From an uncultured Phycisphaerales bacterium (GTDB lineage Bacteria > Planctomycetota > Phycisphaerae > Phycisphaerales > UBA1924): 64,000 nt of DNA. Location: positions 10,638 through 74,637 of the forward strand of contig CALJIV010000049.1 in the NCBI GenBank assembly GCA_937974035.1, written 5' to 3'. The position numbers and the translations under genes are program-made. The notes under the pieces are model-generated. The model made no database searches, had not been told where the DNA came from, and saw nothing but the letters and a program-made list of their open reading frames with translations. Below are positions 26,001 through 33,166 of the stretch, one piece after another; position 1 is the stretch's first letter; each line of letters opens with the position of its first letter.

Positions 26001-28707
26001 CACGTTCATCAGCAACGGCGACGTGATCTTCGGGTCCACGGTGGATTCGGCGAGCGGCAACCGCAACCTGACGGTGAACACCGCCGCGGGCAAGTCCACG
26101 ATCTTCGCCGCGGGCGTCGGCCAGACCACGGCCCTGGGCTCGCTGACGACCAACGCGGGCGGCATCGCGTTCTTCGTGGGCAACGTCCGCACCACCGGCG
26201 CTCAGAACATCAACGACGCGGTGATCCTCAACAACAACGTCACCTTCCAGGGCGCGTCGCTCTCCTTCGGCTCCACGATCGATTCGGACGCCACCGCCCG
26301 GGCGCTCACCTTCATCGCCACCGGCGGGCAGGTGACCGTCGCCGACGCGATCGGCAAGGCCAGCCCGCTGGCGAGCCTCACCTCCACCAGCAGCACGGTC
26401 TCGCTCCGCGACGTGGTCACGACCACGGGCCAGAGCATCACCGGCGCGCTGACGCTCAACGGCGACCTGATCTCCACCACCGCCGGGACCATCGACATCA
26501 CCGGCACGCTCACCCTCGACGGCGATTCGTCCATCATCACCGCGGGCGGGTCGAACAACCACGTCACCGTCACCGGCGCGGTGGACGCGACCTCCGGCGG
26601 CCTCACCGTCAACGCCGGCGCGGGCAACGTCAACTTCATCAGCGACGTCGGCCAGAACAACCGACTCGCCTACTTCATCATCAACGCCACCAACATCTCC
26701 GCGCACAAGGTGGCCACCACCGGCGACCAGACCTACAACGGCATCCTGGCCACCGACGGCCAGATGAACGCCTCCGTGGACGGCGACATCACCTTCGGCG
26801 GGAACATCATCCTCAGCGGCGACGTGATCGTCTCCACCGCCTCGGGCGACATCATCTACAACGGCACCGTGAACGGCGCCCACAACCTCATCTCCGCGGC
26901 GACCGGCGGGGCGTCCATCTTCAACGGCGAGGTCGGCGGTCTCACCCGCCTCGCGGGCTTCACCTCCAACGGCCAGACCCGGCTCAACGCTTCCATCGGC
27001 ACCACCGGCGATCAGGTCTACAACGCCGGCGTCGTGCTCGGTGAAGACGTCACGATCGAGGCCAAGAACATCACCTTCAACGGCACGATCAACAGCGACG
27101 ATCCGAGCACGCCCCGCGCCCTCACGGTCAACAGCAGCGGCTCCGGCGAGACCCGCTTCTTCGGCACCGTGGGCGGCACAGCCCCGCTGGCCAGCATCAC
27201 CACCAACACCGACGGCGTCACCAAGATCGGCGCCTCGATGGCCACCACCTCCGGCATGACCTTCGGCGACCCTGTCCGCCTCACCGCCGACGCCACGCTC
27301 AACGGCGGCACGGGCAGCCTCTTCTTCCGCAACGCCATCGACGCCGACGCCACCGCCACCGACCCGGTGCTCATCCTGCTCAGCGACGCCGCGGCGGACG
27401 GCGACAACACCCCCTTCATGTTCAACGCGAGCATCGGCGCGACCCGTCAGCTCGGCGGCCTGACGCTGGGCGCGGACCGCTCTGCCCCCCGCGGCGCGAC
27501 CGCCGTCTTCAGCGACGGCTTCCAGGCCGACGGGACCATCCTCGCCTCCAGCTTCCACAGCGGCGACACCTTCACCATCCGAACCGGCGACGGCGGCTTC
27601 ACGATGGGCCGCGGCCAGAAGCTCACCGCCTTCGGCTCGCTCAACATCACCACGACCGGCACGGCCACGCTCGGCGACCTCACGGCTCTCACGAACATCC
27701 GCGTCGTCGCCGACGCCATCCGCATCCAGCTCCGCCCCGGCGCTCCGGTGCTCGACAACGTGTTCGAGACGCCGACGGACGTGCTCCACAACGACGCGGG
27801 CGTGGACTTCATCGCCGCGGGCACGATCGACTTCAGCGTCGTGCCGACCACGATCGGCTCCGGCGCTCAACCGACGTTCTCGACCGACACCGGCCGCGCT
27901 GACCCGCAGCTCATCAACTTCGGCCACCGCCAGTTCACCGACGGCGTGCGGATCGGTCTTTTCCAGGATCCGCGAGCCGGGCGCGAGGGCCAGCTGATGA
28001 AGCTCGACCTCAAGGGCGAGGGCCCCTCGATCACCAACACCGCGACCACGCTCGCCGGGGCCATCCCGCGCGACAGCGAGACCCGCCAGGTCGCCACGCC
28101 GGTCACCGTCGGCAAGGCCCTCCGCGACCCGCTCCAGGAGATGGGCGTGGCCACCAAGGACCTCTCGGTGGACGACCTCGTGGAGTTCATGGTGGGCCGC
28201 TCGATGTACCGCGACCTGCCGCTCAAGGCGCGTCCGACCATCGCCGGCGGCGACTACCAGGTCACGGTCAACCGCCTCTCCATGAGCACGGTGGAAGCCG
28301 CGGTGGACGCCTACCGCCGCCTGGTGTTCGTCGAAGCGGTGGACGAGAACGGCCGCCCGCAGCTCGACGCCGAGGGTCGGGTGGTGCTCGTGAACCGCAC
28401 CGAGACCATCCGCGACACCCTGGCCGAGGCGTGGGACAACTACAGCATGCAGACCGAAGAGGCCGACGGGGCGGGTTTCCGTGCCTACCTCGAGGAGCGG
28501 TCCACCAGCGGCACGCAGGCCGAGCGCGAGTCCCTGGAGTTCCTGCGGGCCGTCCACGAGGTGCTCCTGCGGCTGGATGCCCTGGGCCTCTCGCCCTTCG
28601 AAACCTCCATCCCGAAGCGCAAGCTTCTGAACGAAATCCGGCCCCCGGCCATGACCGAGGAGCAACTGCACGTGGCCGTCGGCGGCGTCCAGCTTTCCCG
28701 CCGCTAA
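17095..28707 (+). CDS. tpsA: giant TpsA-type exoprotein / filamentous-haemagglutinin-like adhesin (3870 aa)
   Basis: Extended signal region followed by a haemagglutination-activity (TPS) domain: QVVRGQVDITRNGSETIIRAGHNSIINYRSFDIAGHESVRFIQPNSSSRVLNRI...ANGRVYIVNPAGVIFG. About 3000 aa of Gly/Thr/Asn/Ala-rich beta-helix repeats follow. The last ~400 aa are non-repetitive. Confidence 0.9.
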   Translation: MANGTNRTSNRTERAASLVRAAEWVSRGSLLGIGRGAGWTGALGGALIAAVCSHALAGPEGAQVVRGQVDITRNGSETIIRAGHNSIINYRSFDIAGHESVRFIQPNSSSRVLNRINSAAPTRIDGALTANGRVYIVNPAGVIFGNGARVNVAGLYAAGGKLSNADFVAGRNRFTDLTGEVVNHGSITADFAGLIGHRVYNSGSIVAPEGTVVMAAGPEVMVGERTGNIFVKVTGPSKKADGTAIDNAGLVEAAGGRVMMGAGDMYSLAVRTTGHVKAKEIDVGLGKGHVAVSGVLDASNQGQGGTGGRVHVLGETIALTGATIDASGEQGGGQVRVGGDFQGRGDLPHAGVVTVDKESSINVSAQRQGDGGTAIVWSDHFTAYYGQAEARGGSEGGNGGLIETSSKNVVDLAPTFIDASAAKGKGGNWLIDPRNVTISDAAPSHVGAGPNFAPDNSGPPGESSNVQVSTIEAALNAGTSVTVTTAGSGTGQPGHITVLDSIEKTGGADATLTLTAMGNITINELDTGGDPLVISSSAGALGVILQANADGGAGHAATGSGSVFLNGSIVTNGGVFTSSGVNFTSTSTGTVDTTGATNGAITLNHTGAVSIGGTMTGGAIDIDAGSTISLGADLITSAGTVRFRDPVILTDDVIIDTTDGGNAAAGASISFDSTLDGTTANEEDLQLNAGTGGNITIAGAAGGTTRLGLLNIVNANDVTTGALTLGGLVQNDGQGLSTFDGAVNTNAGGVVVTGNNFTFTGTVTTGAGGELFSTNAGALVLGAGANLDGSLVQAGGGSITVTGNITTTNDNIGIAGDLILTGSSTFDAGTGTIALSGAADLGTGTVIFNADSINFNGGANSVSGTGTLTLRPSTNGASISVGTGGGDLELTAADMAALADGFTQINIGRAGTGEHEITIGTLAIRDPMVFHASAAGGSVVVNGNITGTTNGSVTINGSGNSTTLNGNIVTAGGAIAINDGVTLGTNVQLDTTNGGAVAAGANISITGAVNATTSGTEGLTLRAGTGGDISLGTVGGTTRVGAFTITSADDVSAGAITASTITQTAATSATYSGALNTNAGGGISLTGGSISLAGATTTNGGGLTINNSAALSIDGALNLDGALSQTGTGTVTISNNITTTNDAVSFASNVILGTDISIDTNSGTGANVTFGGTLNGTTAGADNLTINAGSGDVTFTGAIGGSTPLGILTITSADDVSAAAATFLRMVQSAGTGTTSFSGAVNATNGGLSLTGTNFTFGSTVNTTSTSGLTVVATGALTLNGAVSLDGSLVFSGGGTVAINADVTTTNDNISITGNATIGDSVELSVGTGIIAFSGTLDMGANDVTFTGDEINFNGGADSVSGTGAIVLQPATSGLTVNVGNSTNNANQLDLQIGDINALADGFSSITIGRATGAQTMNISASLFKDPVTFRTGSGGTATVAGALAGTGDASFTFDGGSAVAINAAVSTEGGAFSSSGTTFTSSAAGIISTGGGAVTIAHTGAVTINGNIFGGALDVDSGSTITLAGNVTTEGGAVRFRDGVILTDDVAINTTADGNTAGANITFDSTVTGNSAGNEDLILIAGTDGDVSFGGAVGGAARLGQLYIVSADIVTGTSVNAVTIRQDEGTTSTTFTGALNTNGAGGITLTGNAFSLNTVTTTGGGAVTIDNLGTLTLGGALSLDGAFSQIGPGSTQLNAALTTTNDAISFAGDVTVGAGVSGLDAGTAGLTFGGLLSLGANNFTLTANSLAFNGGANSVSGTGTLTIRGATPGTNIGVVVTPAGTGLHITSATWEALADGFATIIVGRPDGSGNLSLDSITVNDSTVFQMPNGTINVYGVIEGMAGASLTLVGHTLFETGSGLHTQDEQIIIDGDVVLDPGLVIISTVGAGLTGADINITGPVTATSADTAALALDAGTNGDIVIAGDVGENAVPLLSFNVVSANDVVTEDVYAGTILQSVGLGTSTFGLLRSGAGGISLTGTNFILNQGAASLGGGTMTVDNSGTLTLNGSVALTGSFTQSNGSVVLNANISTTNDDITIGGATTAGGLFAALNAGTGTITLGSTFDLGALNGTFTANDMAFLGGANSITGTGQITLQPGAANTSIGIAGGAGTFQLSTADLAAFADGFSLMTIGRADGQHVINIGAVDFRDAVVIRTPSGGSITVNGEIFGADDASITLTSGGTITLGNDIITEGNEISVSGPMVLSASVLLDTTDGGNFAGADLTLDGDIQGTTAGAQALTLASGNGDISLGGNIGTTTRLGFLTVDGDVQYAPATVIRSAGATFNGSITGNDDITIDAGAFALTLNDDLNAGAGDVTLSGSTITQNGAVTGASYAVQAQSDLHVSGDITATGAGGVLLNAGVSGAGDLTFGAGVEIHANAMTLSAGNGTGASIVDVITNSPVFRGAAGGTTSPTFFQFRQDVDIDSSVLPSVATQFGNGIAGMDYRINARNGAITIDTAASVADSALRLTASDWIVISDDLQLASLRATTAIAYNGSVTTSGGDIRHDAAVQTLGNALLDANGGLISFFSTLAVDGPSLTLIAGDIDFAGTVTPGAAATLSIQPSDPTKDIYLGGTGSEGSGDMHLTAAEIARLGDGFADINIGRSDSSGTIYVRSAVSFQDPVTLVASEPGAAIRVEALLEGTDDASITLDGSGATTYLLADIRTAGQAITINDNVIVGADVTLDATNSGAVSSGADITINGDINADSEAQDRQLALNAGDAGFIFIQNVGLDERLGSFSALADRTFVQSVQTLHEQTFTGDVSLEGDLNSSVSGDIAINGDLFLVSDVSIDTAGGAGDNIHVTGVIDSDGTARNLTMNAGAGRVIVEGDIGQVLEINNLNVTGANNSFASVATTGVQSYTGDTSVGGVLSGTAITFNNLLTLTESTTLAGSVSVNLNEVLSQNGEANDLTIESPVTVFGGNIGNTTGGALGEITTDAGGTLTVNASQVRSMGSQTYGDAVLLGSNVTFISNGDVIFGSTVDSASGNRNLTVNTAAGKSTIFAAGVGQTTALGSLTTNAGGIAFFVGNVRTTGAQNINDAVILNNNVTFQGASLSFGSTIDSDATARALTFIATGGQVTVADAIGKASPLASLTSTSSTVSLRDVVTTTGQSITGALTLNGDLISTTAGTIDITGTLTLDGDSSIITAGGSNNHVTVTGAVDATSGGLTVNAGAGNVNFISDVGQNNRLAYFIINATNISAHKVATTGDQTYNGILATDGQMNASVDGDITFGGNIILSGDVIVSTASGDIIYNGTVNGAHNLISAATGGASIFNGEVGGLTRLAGFTSNGQTRLNASIGTTGDQVYNAGVVLGEDVTIEAKNITFNGTINSDDPSTPRALTVNSSGSGETRFFGTVGGTAPLASITTNTDGVTKIGASMATTSGMTFGDPVRLTADATLNGGTGSLFFRNAIDADATATDPVLILLSDAAADGDNTPFMFNASIGATRQLGGLTLGADRSAPRGATAVFSDGFQADGTILASSFHSGDTFTIRTGDGGFTMGRGQKLTAFGSLNITTTGTATLGDLTALTNIRVVADAIRIQLRPGAPVLDNVFETPTDVLHNDAGVDFIAAGTIDFSVVPTTIGSGAQPTFSTDTGRADPQLINFGHRQFTDGVRIGLFQDPRAGREGQLMKLDLKGEGPSITNTATTLAGAIPRDSETRQVATPVTVGKALRDPLQEMGVATKDLSVDDLVEFMVGRSMYRDLPLKARPTIAGGDYQVTVNRLSMSTVEAAVDAYRRLVFVEAVDENGRPQLDAEGRVVLVNRTETIRDTLAEAWDNYSMQTEEADGAGFRAYLEERSTSGTQAERESLEFLRAVHEVLLRLDALGLSPFETSIPKRKLLNEIRPPAMTEEQLHVAVGGVQLSRR
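18700..27450 (+). repeat. degenerate in-frame super-repeats inside tpsA (approximate bounds)
   Basis: The motif A/G-D-G-F-x-x-I-x-I/V-G-R recurs in frame at 19789, 21292, 22477, 23464 and 24880 (residues 899, 1400, 1795, 2124, 2596). ITTTNDxI and FNGGANSVSGTG motifs recur alongside it. Units are ~330-500 aa. Confidence 0.7.
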
Positions 28708-28718
28708 GCTGATGTCCT

Positions 28719-28754
28719 TCCGGTGCAGGGGGCGAGGGCCCCCTGCCCGGTTTT
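28719..28754 (+). terminator. rho-independent terminator after tpsA
   Basis: A 9-bp GC stem GCAGGGGGC (28724..28732) pairs with GCCCCCTGC (28737..28745) around a 4-nt loop. Outer CCGG/CCGG pairs extend it, and TTTT follows at 28750..28753. Confidence 0.7.
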
Positions 28755-28781
28755 CAACACTCGTCCCCTGGGGGAGTATCG

Positions 28782-29843
28782 GTGGCTGTAGTCAACGTTG
28801 AAAGCCTGCTCAAGCCTCTCTCCGAAGAGAACCCGACCGGCGAGAACCTGCGCTGGGACCGCCGATACCTCGAGATCGAGCGTCTCGCCGAGGGCAAGGA
28901 GGAGACACAGTTCTCCGCCGCGGAAGAGCCCGATTGGCGCGAAGTCCGCGACGGGTGCGTCGAGCTCTTCGCCCGCGGCAAGCACCTCCGCGTCGCGGTG
29001 CTGCTCACCCTCGCCGCGGTCCGGCTGGAGGGTTATCCGGGCCTTCGTGACGGCCTGAAGCTCATCCACGGCCTGCTGACCGAGTACTGGGATCAGGTCT
29101 ACCCGCAGCTCGACGTCGAGGACAACAACGACCCCACCGAGCGCGTCAACTCCCTTTCCGCCCTCGTCACCCCCCCGGCGACCTACGGCGACAAGATCAA
29201 GTTCCTCGACCGCGTGATGGAAGCGCCCATCTGCGAGTCGCGGCAGCTCGGCCGCTTCTCCATGCGGGACGTCGCCATCGCCGGCGGCACCCTCCAGGTC
29301 CCGGAAGACCCTGACAGACCCAAACCGACGCTCCAGATCATCGACGCGGCGTTCGAGGAGACCGATCCGCAGGTGCTCGAGGAGATCGCCACGGCGATCG
29401 AGGAAGCCTCGGGGTACCTGGACGGGATCGAGGCGATCTTCGACGAGAAGTGCGGTCCGGGTATCGGACCCAGCCCCCAGATCTTCAAGACCATGCTCCG
29501 GGACGCGGGCATTCAGGTCCGGCGGCACATGGCCGGGTGCGAAGCCCTGGCGGAGGAAGAGGGGGGGGCCGAAGAAGCCGATGAAGGGGGCGGCGGCGGC
29601 GGGGGGGGGAAGGGACGCGCGCTGTCCGGGGAAGTCAACTCCCCGCAAGATGCGCTCTTGGCAATGGAGAAGATTTCCCGATATTATGCCGCACACGAGC
29701 CATCCAGTCCGGTGGCGCTGATCATCGCCGCCGCGCAGCAGATGGTCGGGAAGAGTTTCCTGGAGATTTCAAAGGTCCTGACGCCCGATTACGTGTCGAT
29801 GCTTGTTAACATCAGCACCCCGCCGGACGAGTCGAACGACTGA
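28782..29843 (+). CDS. tssA: T6SS protein TssA (ImpA N-terminal domain family)
   Basis: 353 aa with GTG start and GGGGGAG upstream. The N-terminus LLKPLSEENPTGENLRWDRRYLEIE is typical of ImpA_N. An acidic/Gly linker precedes the C-terminal domain. Gene lies directly before tssB-tssC. Confidence 0.88.
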   Translation: MAVVNVESLLKPLSEENPTGENLRWDRRYLEIERLAEGKEETQFSAAEEPDWREVRDGCVELFARGKHLRVAVLLTLAAVRLEGYPGLRDGLKLIHGLLTEYWDQVYPQLDVEDNNDPTERVNSLSALVTPPATYGDKIKFLDRVMEAPICESRQLGRFSMRDVAIAGGTLQVPEDPDRPKPTLQIIDAAFEETDPQVLEEIATAIEEASGYLDGIEAIFDEKCGPGIGPSPQIFKTMLRDAGIQVRRHMAGCEALAEEEGGAEEADEGGGGGGGGKGRALSGEVNSPQDALLAMEKISRYYAAHEPSSPVALIIAAAQQMVGKSFLEISKVLTPDYVSMLVNISTPPDESND

Positions 29844-29891
29844 GTCGTGCGACCGGCGCGGATCGAGCGGGTAGTTTGAAGGGAGTAAGGG

Positions 29892-30389
29892 ATGGCAAAG
29901 GCCAGCAGCCAAAAGTTCATCGCACGGAACCGGGCGCCTCGGGTGCAGATCGAGTATGACCTGGAGCTGTACGGCGCCGAGAAGAAGGTGAACCTGCCCT
30001 TCGTCATGGGCGTGATGGCCGACCTTTCGGGCAAGCCCTCCGAGCCGCTGCCTCCCGTGGCCGATCGCAAGTTCCTTGAGATCGATGTCGATAACTTTGA
30101 CGAGCGGCTGAAGAGCATGAAGCCGCGCGTCGCGTTCCAGGTTCCGAACACCCTGACCGGCGAGGGCAACCTCTCCGTGGACATCACCTTCGAGAGCATG
30201 GCGGACTTCTCCCCCGGGGCGATCGCGAAGAAGATCGAGCCCCTGGCCAAGCTGCTGGAAGCCCGCACGCAGCTCGCCAACCTGCTGACCTACATGGACG
30301 GCAAGGGCGGTGCCGAGCAGCTTCTGAACAAGGTGCTCTCCGATCAGGAACTGCTCAAGAGCCTCGCCTCCGCCCCCAAGCCGAGCTGA
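29892..30389 (+). CDS. tssB: T6SS contractile sheath small subunit TssB (VipA)
   Basis: 165 aa. RVQIEYDLELYGAEKKVNLPFVMGVMADLSG is the conserved TssB core. Confidence 0.95.
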   Translation: MAKASSQKFIARNRAPRVQIEYDLELYGAEKKVNLPFVMGVMADLSGKPSEPLPPVADRKFLEIDVDNFDERLKSMKPRVAFQVPNTLTGEGNLSVDITFESMADFSPGAIAKKIEPLAKLLEARTQLANLLTYMDGKGGAEQLLNKVLSDQELLKSLASAPKPS

Positions 30390-30472
30390 TCCGCCGGTAA
30401 CGCCCCGTGGGGGGACGCCGGCCCCCCGTCCGAGTCGCCTGTTTCCGCCGCACACGCGGGAGGTAGTTCACG

Positions 30473-31966
30473 ATGTCCGAAGCGCAATCTCAATCCGCGG
30501 TCGCCGGCCTTCAACTGGAAGGCAACGACCTCGAGGCCCTGCTCAAGAAAGAGTTCAAGCCCAAGACCAGCAACGCCAAGGAGGCCATCGAGGCCGCGGT
30601 GAAGACCCTCGCCGCCCAGGCCCTGGAGGGCGTCGCGCTCATCTCCGATGATGCGGTCAAGACCATCGAGGCCATCATCGCGGGGATCGACCAGAAGCTC
30701 AGCCAGCAGATCAACCTGATCCTCCACCACGAGGACTTCCAGGCGCTCGAGGGCACCTGGCGCGGCCTGTCCTACCTGGTCAACAACACCGAGACCGACG
30801 AGACGCTCAAGATCCGCGTCCTGAACATCTCCAAGAAGGATCTGGGCAAGACGATCGCCAAGTTCAAGGGCACCGCCTGGGACCAGAGCCCGCTCTTCAA
30901 GAAGATCTACGAAGAAGAGTTCGGCATGCCCGGCGGCCAGCCCTTCGGCGCCATCATCGGCGATTACTACTTCGACCACACGCCGCCGGACGTCGAGATC
31001 CTCAGCGGCATGGCGCAGATCGCCGCGGCTGCCCACGCCCCCTTCATCACCGCTCCCAAGCCCAGCCTCTTCAACATGGAGTCGTGGCAGGAGCTGGCCA
31101 ACCCCCGCGACCTCACCAAGATCTTCCAGTCCGCCGAGTACGCCCCGTGGCGCAGCCTCCGCGAGAGCGAGGACTCCCGCTACATCGGCCTGGCGATGCC
31201 GCGCGTGCTCTCCCGTCTGCCCTACGGCGCCAACACCTCGCCGGTCGAGGAGTTCGCCTTCGAGGAGGACACCGGCTCGGCGGATCACAACAAGTACACC
31301 TGGATGAACTCCGCCTACGCGATGGGCACCAACATCACCCGCGCCTTCAAGCTCTACGGGTGGTGCAGCCGCATCCGCGGCGTGGAGTCCGGCGGTATGG
31401 TCGAGGGCCTGCCCGTCCACACCTTCCCCACCGACGACGGCGGCGTGGACATGAAGTGCCCCACCGAGATCGCCATCACCGACCGTCGCGAGGCGGAGCT
31501 GGCCAAGAACGGCTTCATGCCGCTCAGCCACTGGAAGAACACCGACTACTCCGTGTTCGTCGGCGCTCAGAGCCTTCACAAGCCCGCCGAATACGACGAT
31601 CCGGACGCGACCGCCAACGCCAATCTCGGCGCGCGGCTGCCGTATCTCTTCGCGACCTGCCGCTTCGCGCACTACCTCAAGTGCATGGTGCGCGACAAGA
31701 TCGGCTCCTTCAAGGAGCGCGATTCGCTGGAGAACTGGCTCAACGACTGGATCAAGCAGTACGTGGACGGCGATCCCGCGAACTCCTCCGAGGAGACCAA
31801 GGCCCGCCGTCCGCTCGCCGCGGCGGAGGTCATCGTCGAGGAAATTCCCGGGAACCCGGGCTACTACTCTTCGAAGTTTTTCCTGCGTCCGCACTACCAG
31901 CTCGAGGGCCTCACCGTGTCCCTCCGGCTGGTCTCCAAGCTGCCGTCGGCGAAGTCCGGCGGCTGA
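30473..31966 (+). CDS. tssC: T6SS contractile sheath large subunit TssC (VipB)
   Basis: 497 aa in the typical TssC length range, adjacent to tssB. Conserved-looking segments include WRGLSYLV and PYGANTSPVEEF. Confidence 0.95.
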   Translation: MSEAQSQSAVAGLQLEGNDLEALLKKEFKPKTSNAKEAIEAAVKTLAAQALEGVALISDDAVKTIEAIIAGIDQKLSQQINLILHHEDFQALEGTWRGLSYLVNNTETDETLKIRVLNISKKDLGKTIAKFKGTAWDQSPLFKKIYEEEFGMPGGQPFGAIIGDYYFDHTPPDVEILSGMAQIAAAAHAPFITAPKPSLFNMESWQELANPRDLTKIFQSAEYAPWRSLRESEDSRYIGLAMPRVLSRLPYGANTSPVEEFAFEEDTGSADHNKYTWMNSAYAMGTNITRAFKLYGWCSRIRGVESGGMVEGLPVHTFPTDDGGVDMKCPTEIAITDRREAELAKNGFMPLSHWKNTDYSVFVGAQSLHKPAEYDDPDATANANLGARLPYLFATCRFAHYLKCMVRDKIGSFKERDSLENWLNDWIKQYVDGDPANSSEETKARRPLAAAEVIVEEIPGNPGYYSSKFFLRPHYQLEGLTVSLRLVSKLPSAKSGG

Positions 31967-32059
31967 TGAGGTTCGAACTGTCCGAGGGTCCGGCGATGGG
32001 CTTGCCCCTCTGGAAAGAATGGGACAGGGTTCCCGCGTTAGTAGGAAGGAGTGTTGGCT

Positions 32060-32545
32060 ATGCCTTTTGATGGATTCCTCAAGATTTCCGGTATCCAGGG
32101 CGAGTCGAAGGACGAGAAGCACCGTAATGAAATCGACGTGCAGTCCTTCAGCTATGGCGTGACGCAGTCCACCTCCGTCTCCACCGGTGGTGGTCTGACG
32201 GCGGGTAAGTCTTCGCTCGGCGCCTTCAGCTTCATTCAGCAGTACCACAAGGGCTCGATCCCGCTGTTCGTCGCCGCGGCCACCGGTAAGCACATCGACG
32301 AGGTGGTCTTCACCGCCCGCAAGTCCGCCGGCGAGCAGCAGCTCGAGTACCTGGTCGTCACCTTCAAGCACTGCCTCGTCACCAGCGTTCAGGTGAGCGG
32401 CGGCACCGAGAACGAGATCCCGACGGAGACCGTCGAGATCCAGTACTCCGAGGTCCGGTTCAAGTACAAGGAGCAGAACGACAAGGGCGGCGTGCTCTCC
32501 GAGGTCGAGGGCGGCTACGACCAGAAGCTCAACAAGAAGCTCTGA
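32060..32545 (+). CDS. hcp: Hcp (TssD) tube protein, copy 1
   Basis: 161 aa from the ATG at 32060, with GGAAGGA 9 nt upstream. The Hcp start is FDGFLKISGIQGESKDEKHRNEIDVQSFSYGV. Confidence 0.92.
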   Translation: MPFDGFLKISGIQGESKDEKHRNEIDVQSFSYGVTQSTSVSTGGGLTAGKSSLGAFSFIQQYHKGSIPLFVAAATGKHIDEVVFTARKSAGEQQLEYLVVTFKHCLVTSVQVSGGTENEIPTETVEIQYSEVRFKYKEQNDKGGVLSEVEGGYDQKLNKKL

Positions 32546-32578
32546 TCGAATCCCTTTTCGTTGGTGTTTGAATCAATA

Positions 32579-32606
32579 CCCCCGCGGCGGTCTTCCGCCG
32601 CGGGGG
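32579..32606 (+). terminator. strong GC hairpin after hcp copy 1 (terminator, attenuator or RNA stabiliser)
   Basis: Perfect 12-bp stem CCCCCGCGGCGG / CCGCCGCGGGGG with loop TCTT. The downstream tail is only TTCATT, so it is not a canonical U-tract. Confidence 0.55.
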
Positions 32607-32649
32607 TTCATTGACCAATGGACGGCCTTGGCCGCGTGGGAAACGACCC

Positions 32650-33144
32650 ATGCCCGACAATTTTGACGGATTCCTCTGGATTGATGGCGTCAAAAGCGAA
32701 TCCAAGGACCCCGACCATAAGCACTGGATCGATGTCGAAGGCTTCACCTACGGCTGCGAGGTGAACGACTTCGCTATCGGCGAGGGCGGCAAGCTCGTTG
32801 CCGACGATCCCTCCGTCAAGCCCTTCACCTTCACCCAGGGTATCCACAAGGGCTCGCCCACGCTCTTCCAGTACTGCGTCACGGGGAGGCCGATCCCCAC
32901 GGCTGAGTTCCACGCCCGCACCGCGGGCGGCGAAAAGCCGCACATCTACTTCAGGGCCTACTTCACCGACTGCCTGATCACCAACGTCTCCGTCACCACG
33001 ATGGACGACAACCCTTACCCCGTCGAAACGATCACGCTGGCCTACCGCAAGGTCCGGATGGTCTACCACGAGCAGAACACGGTCACCGGAGGCGCGTTCG
33101 GCGGCGAGGTTGAGACGGAGTACGACCAGGCGGCCCACGCCTGA
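32650..33144 (+). CDS. hcp: Hcp (TssD) family protein, divergent copy 2
   Basis: 164 aa. FDGFLWIDGVKSESKDPDHKHWIDVEGFTYGC matches the Hcp N-terminal pattern. The rest of the protein is diverged from copy 1. Confidence 0.85.
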   Translation: MPDNFDGFLWIDGVKSESKDPDHKHWIDVEGFTYGCEVNDFAIGEGGKLVADDPSVKPFTFTQGIHKGSPTLFQYCVTGRPIPTAEFHARTAGGEKPHIYFRAYFTDCLITNVSVTTMDDNPYPVETITLAYRKVRMVYHEQNTVTGGAFGGEVETEYDQAAHA

Positions 33145-33166
33145 TCGCGGAGGGATCCCTGGCGTG

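Noticed and set aside
14752-28671. A 4639-aa (13.9 kb) stop-free ORF on the minus strand, the longest ORF in the track
   Set aside because: It is exactly antisense to tpsB and tpsA and in the same codon register (all start positions are 1 mod 3). Antisense stops would require sense codons TTA, CTA or TCA, which these GC-biased genes simply never use. The translation is Arg/Gly/Ala/Val/Asp low-complexity text with no motifs, while the plus strand shows clear TpsB and TPS-domain signatures. It is a shadow ORF.
27500-28781. CdiA-type contact-dependent inhibition toxin plus immunity at the end of tpsA
   Set aside because: No VENN or similar demarcation motif appears in the C-terminal ~400 aa. 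A terminator follows the gene and tssA starts within 75 nt, leaving no room for an immunity ORF.
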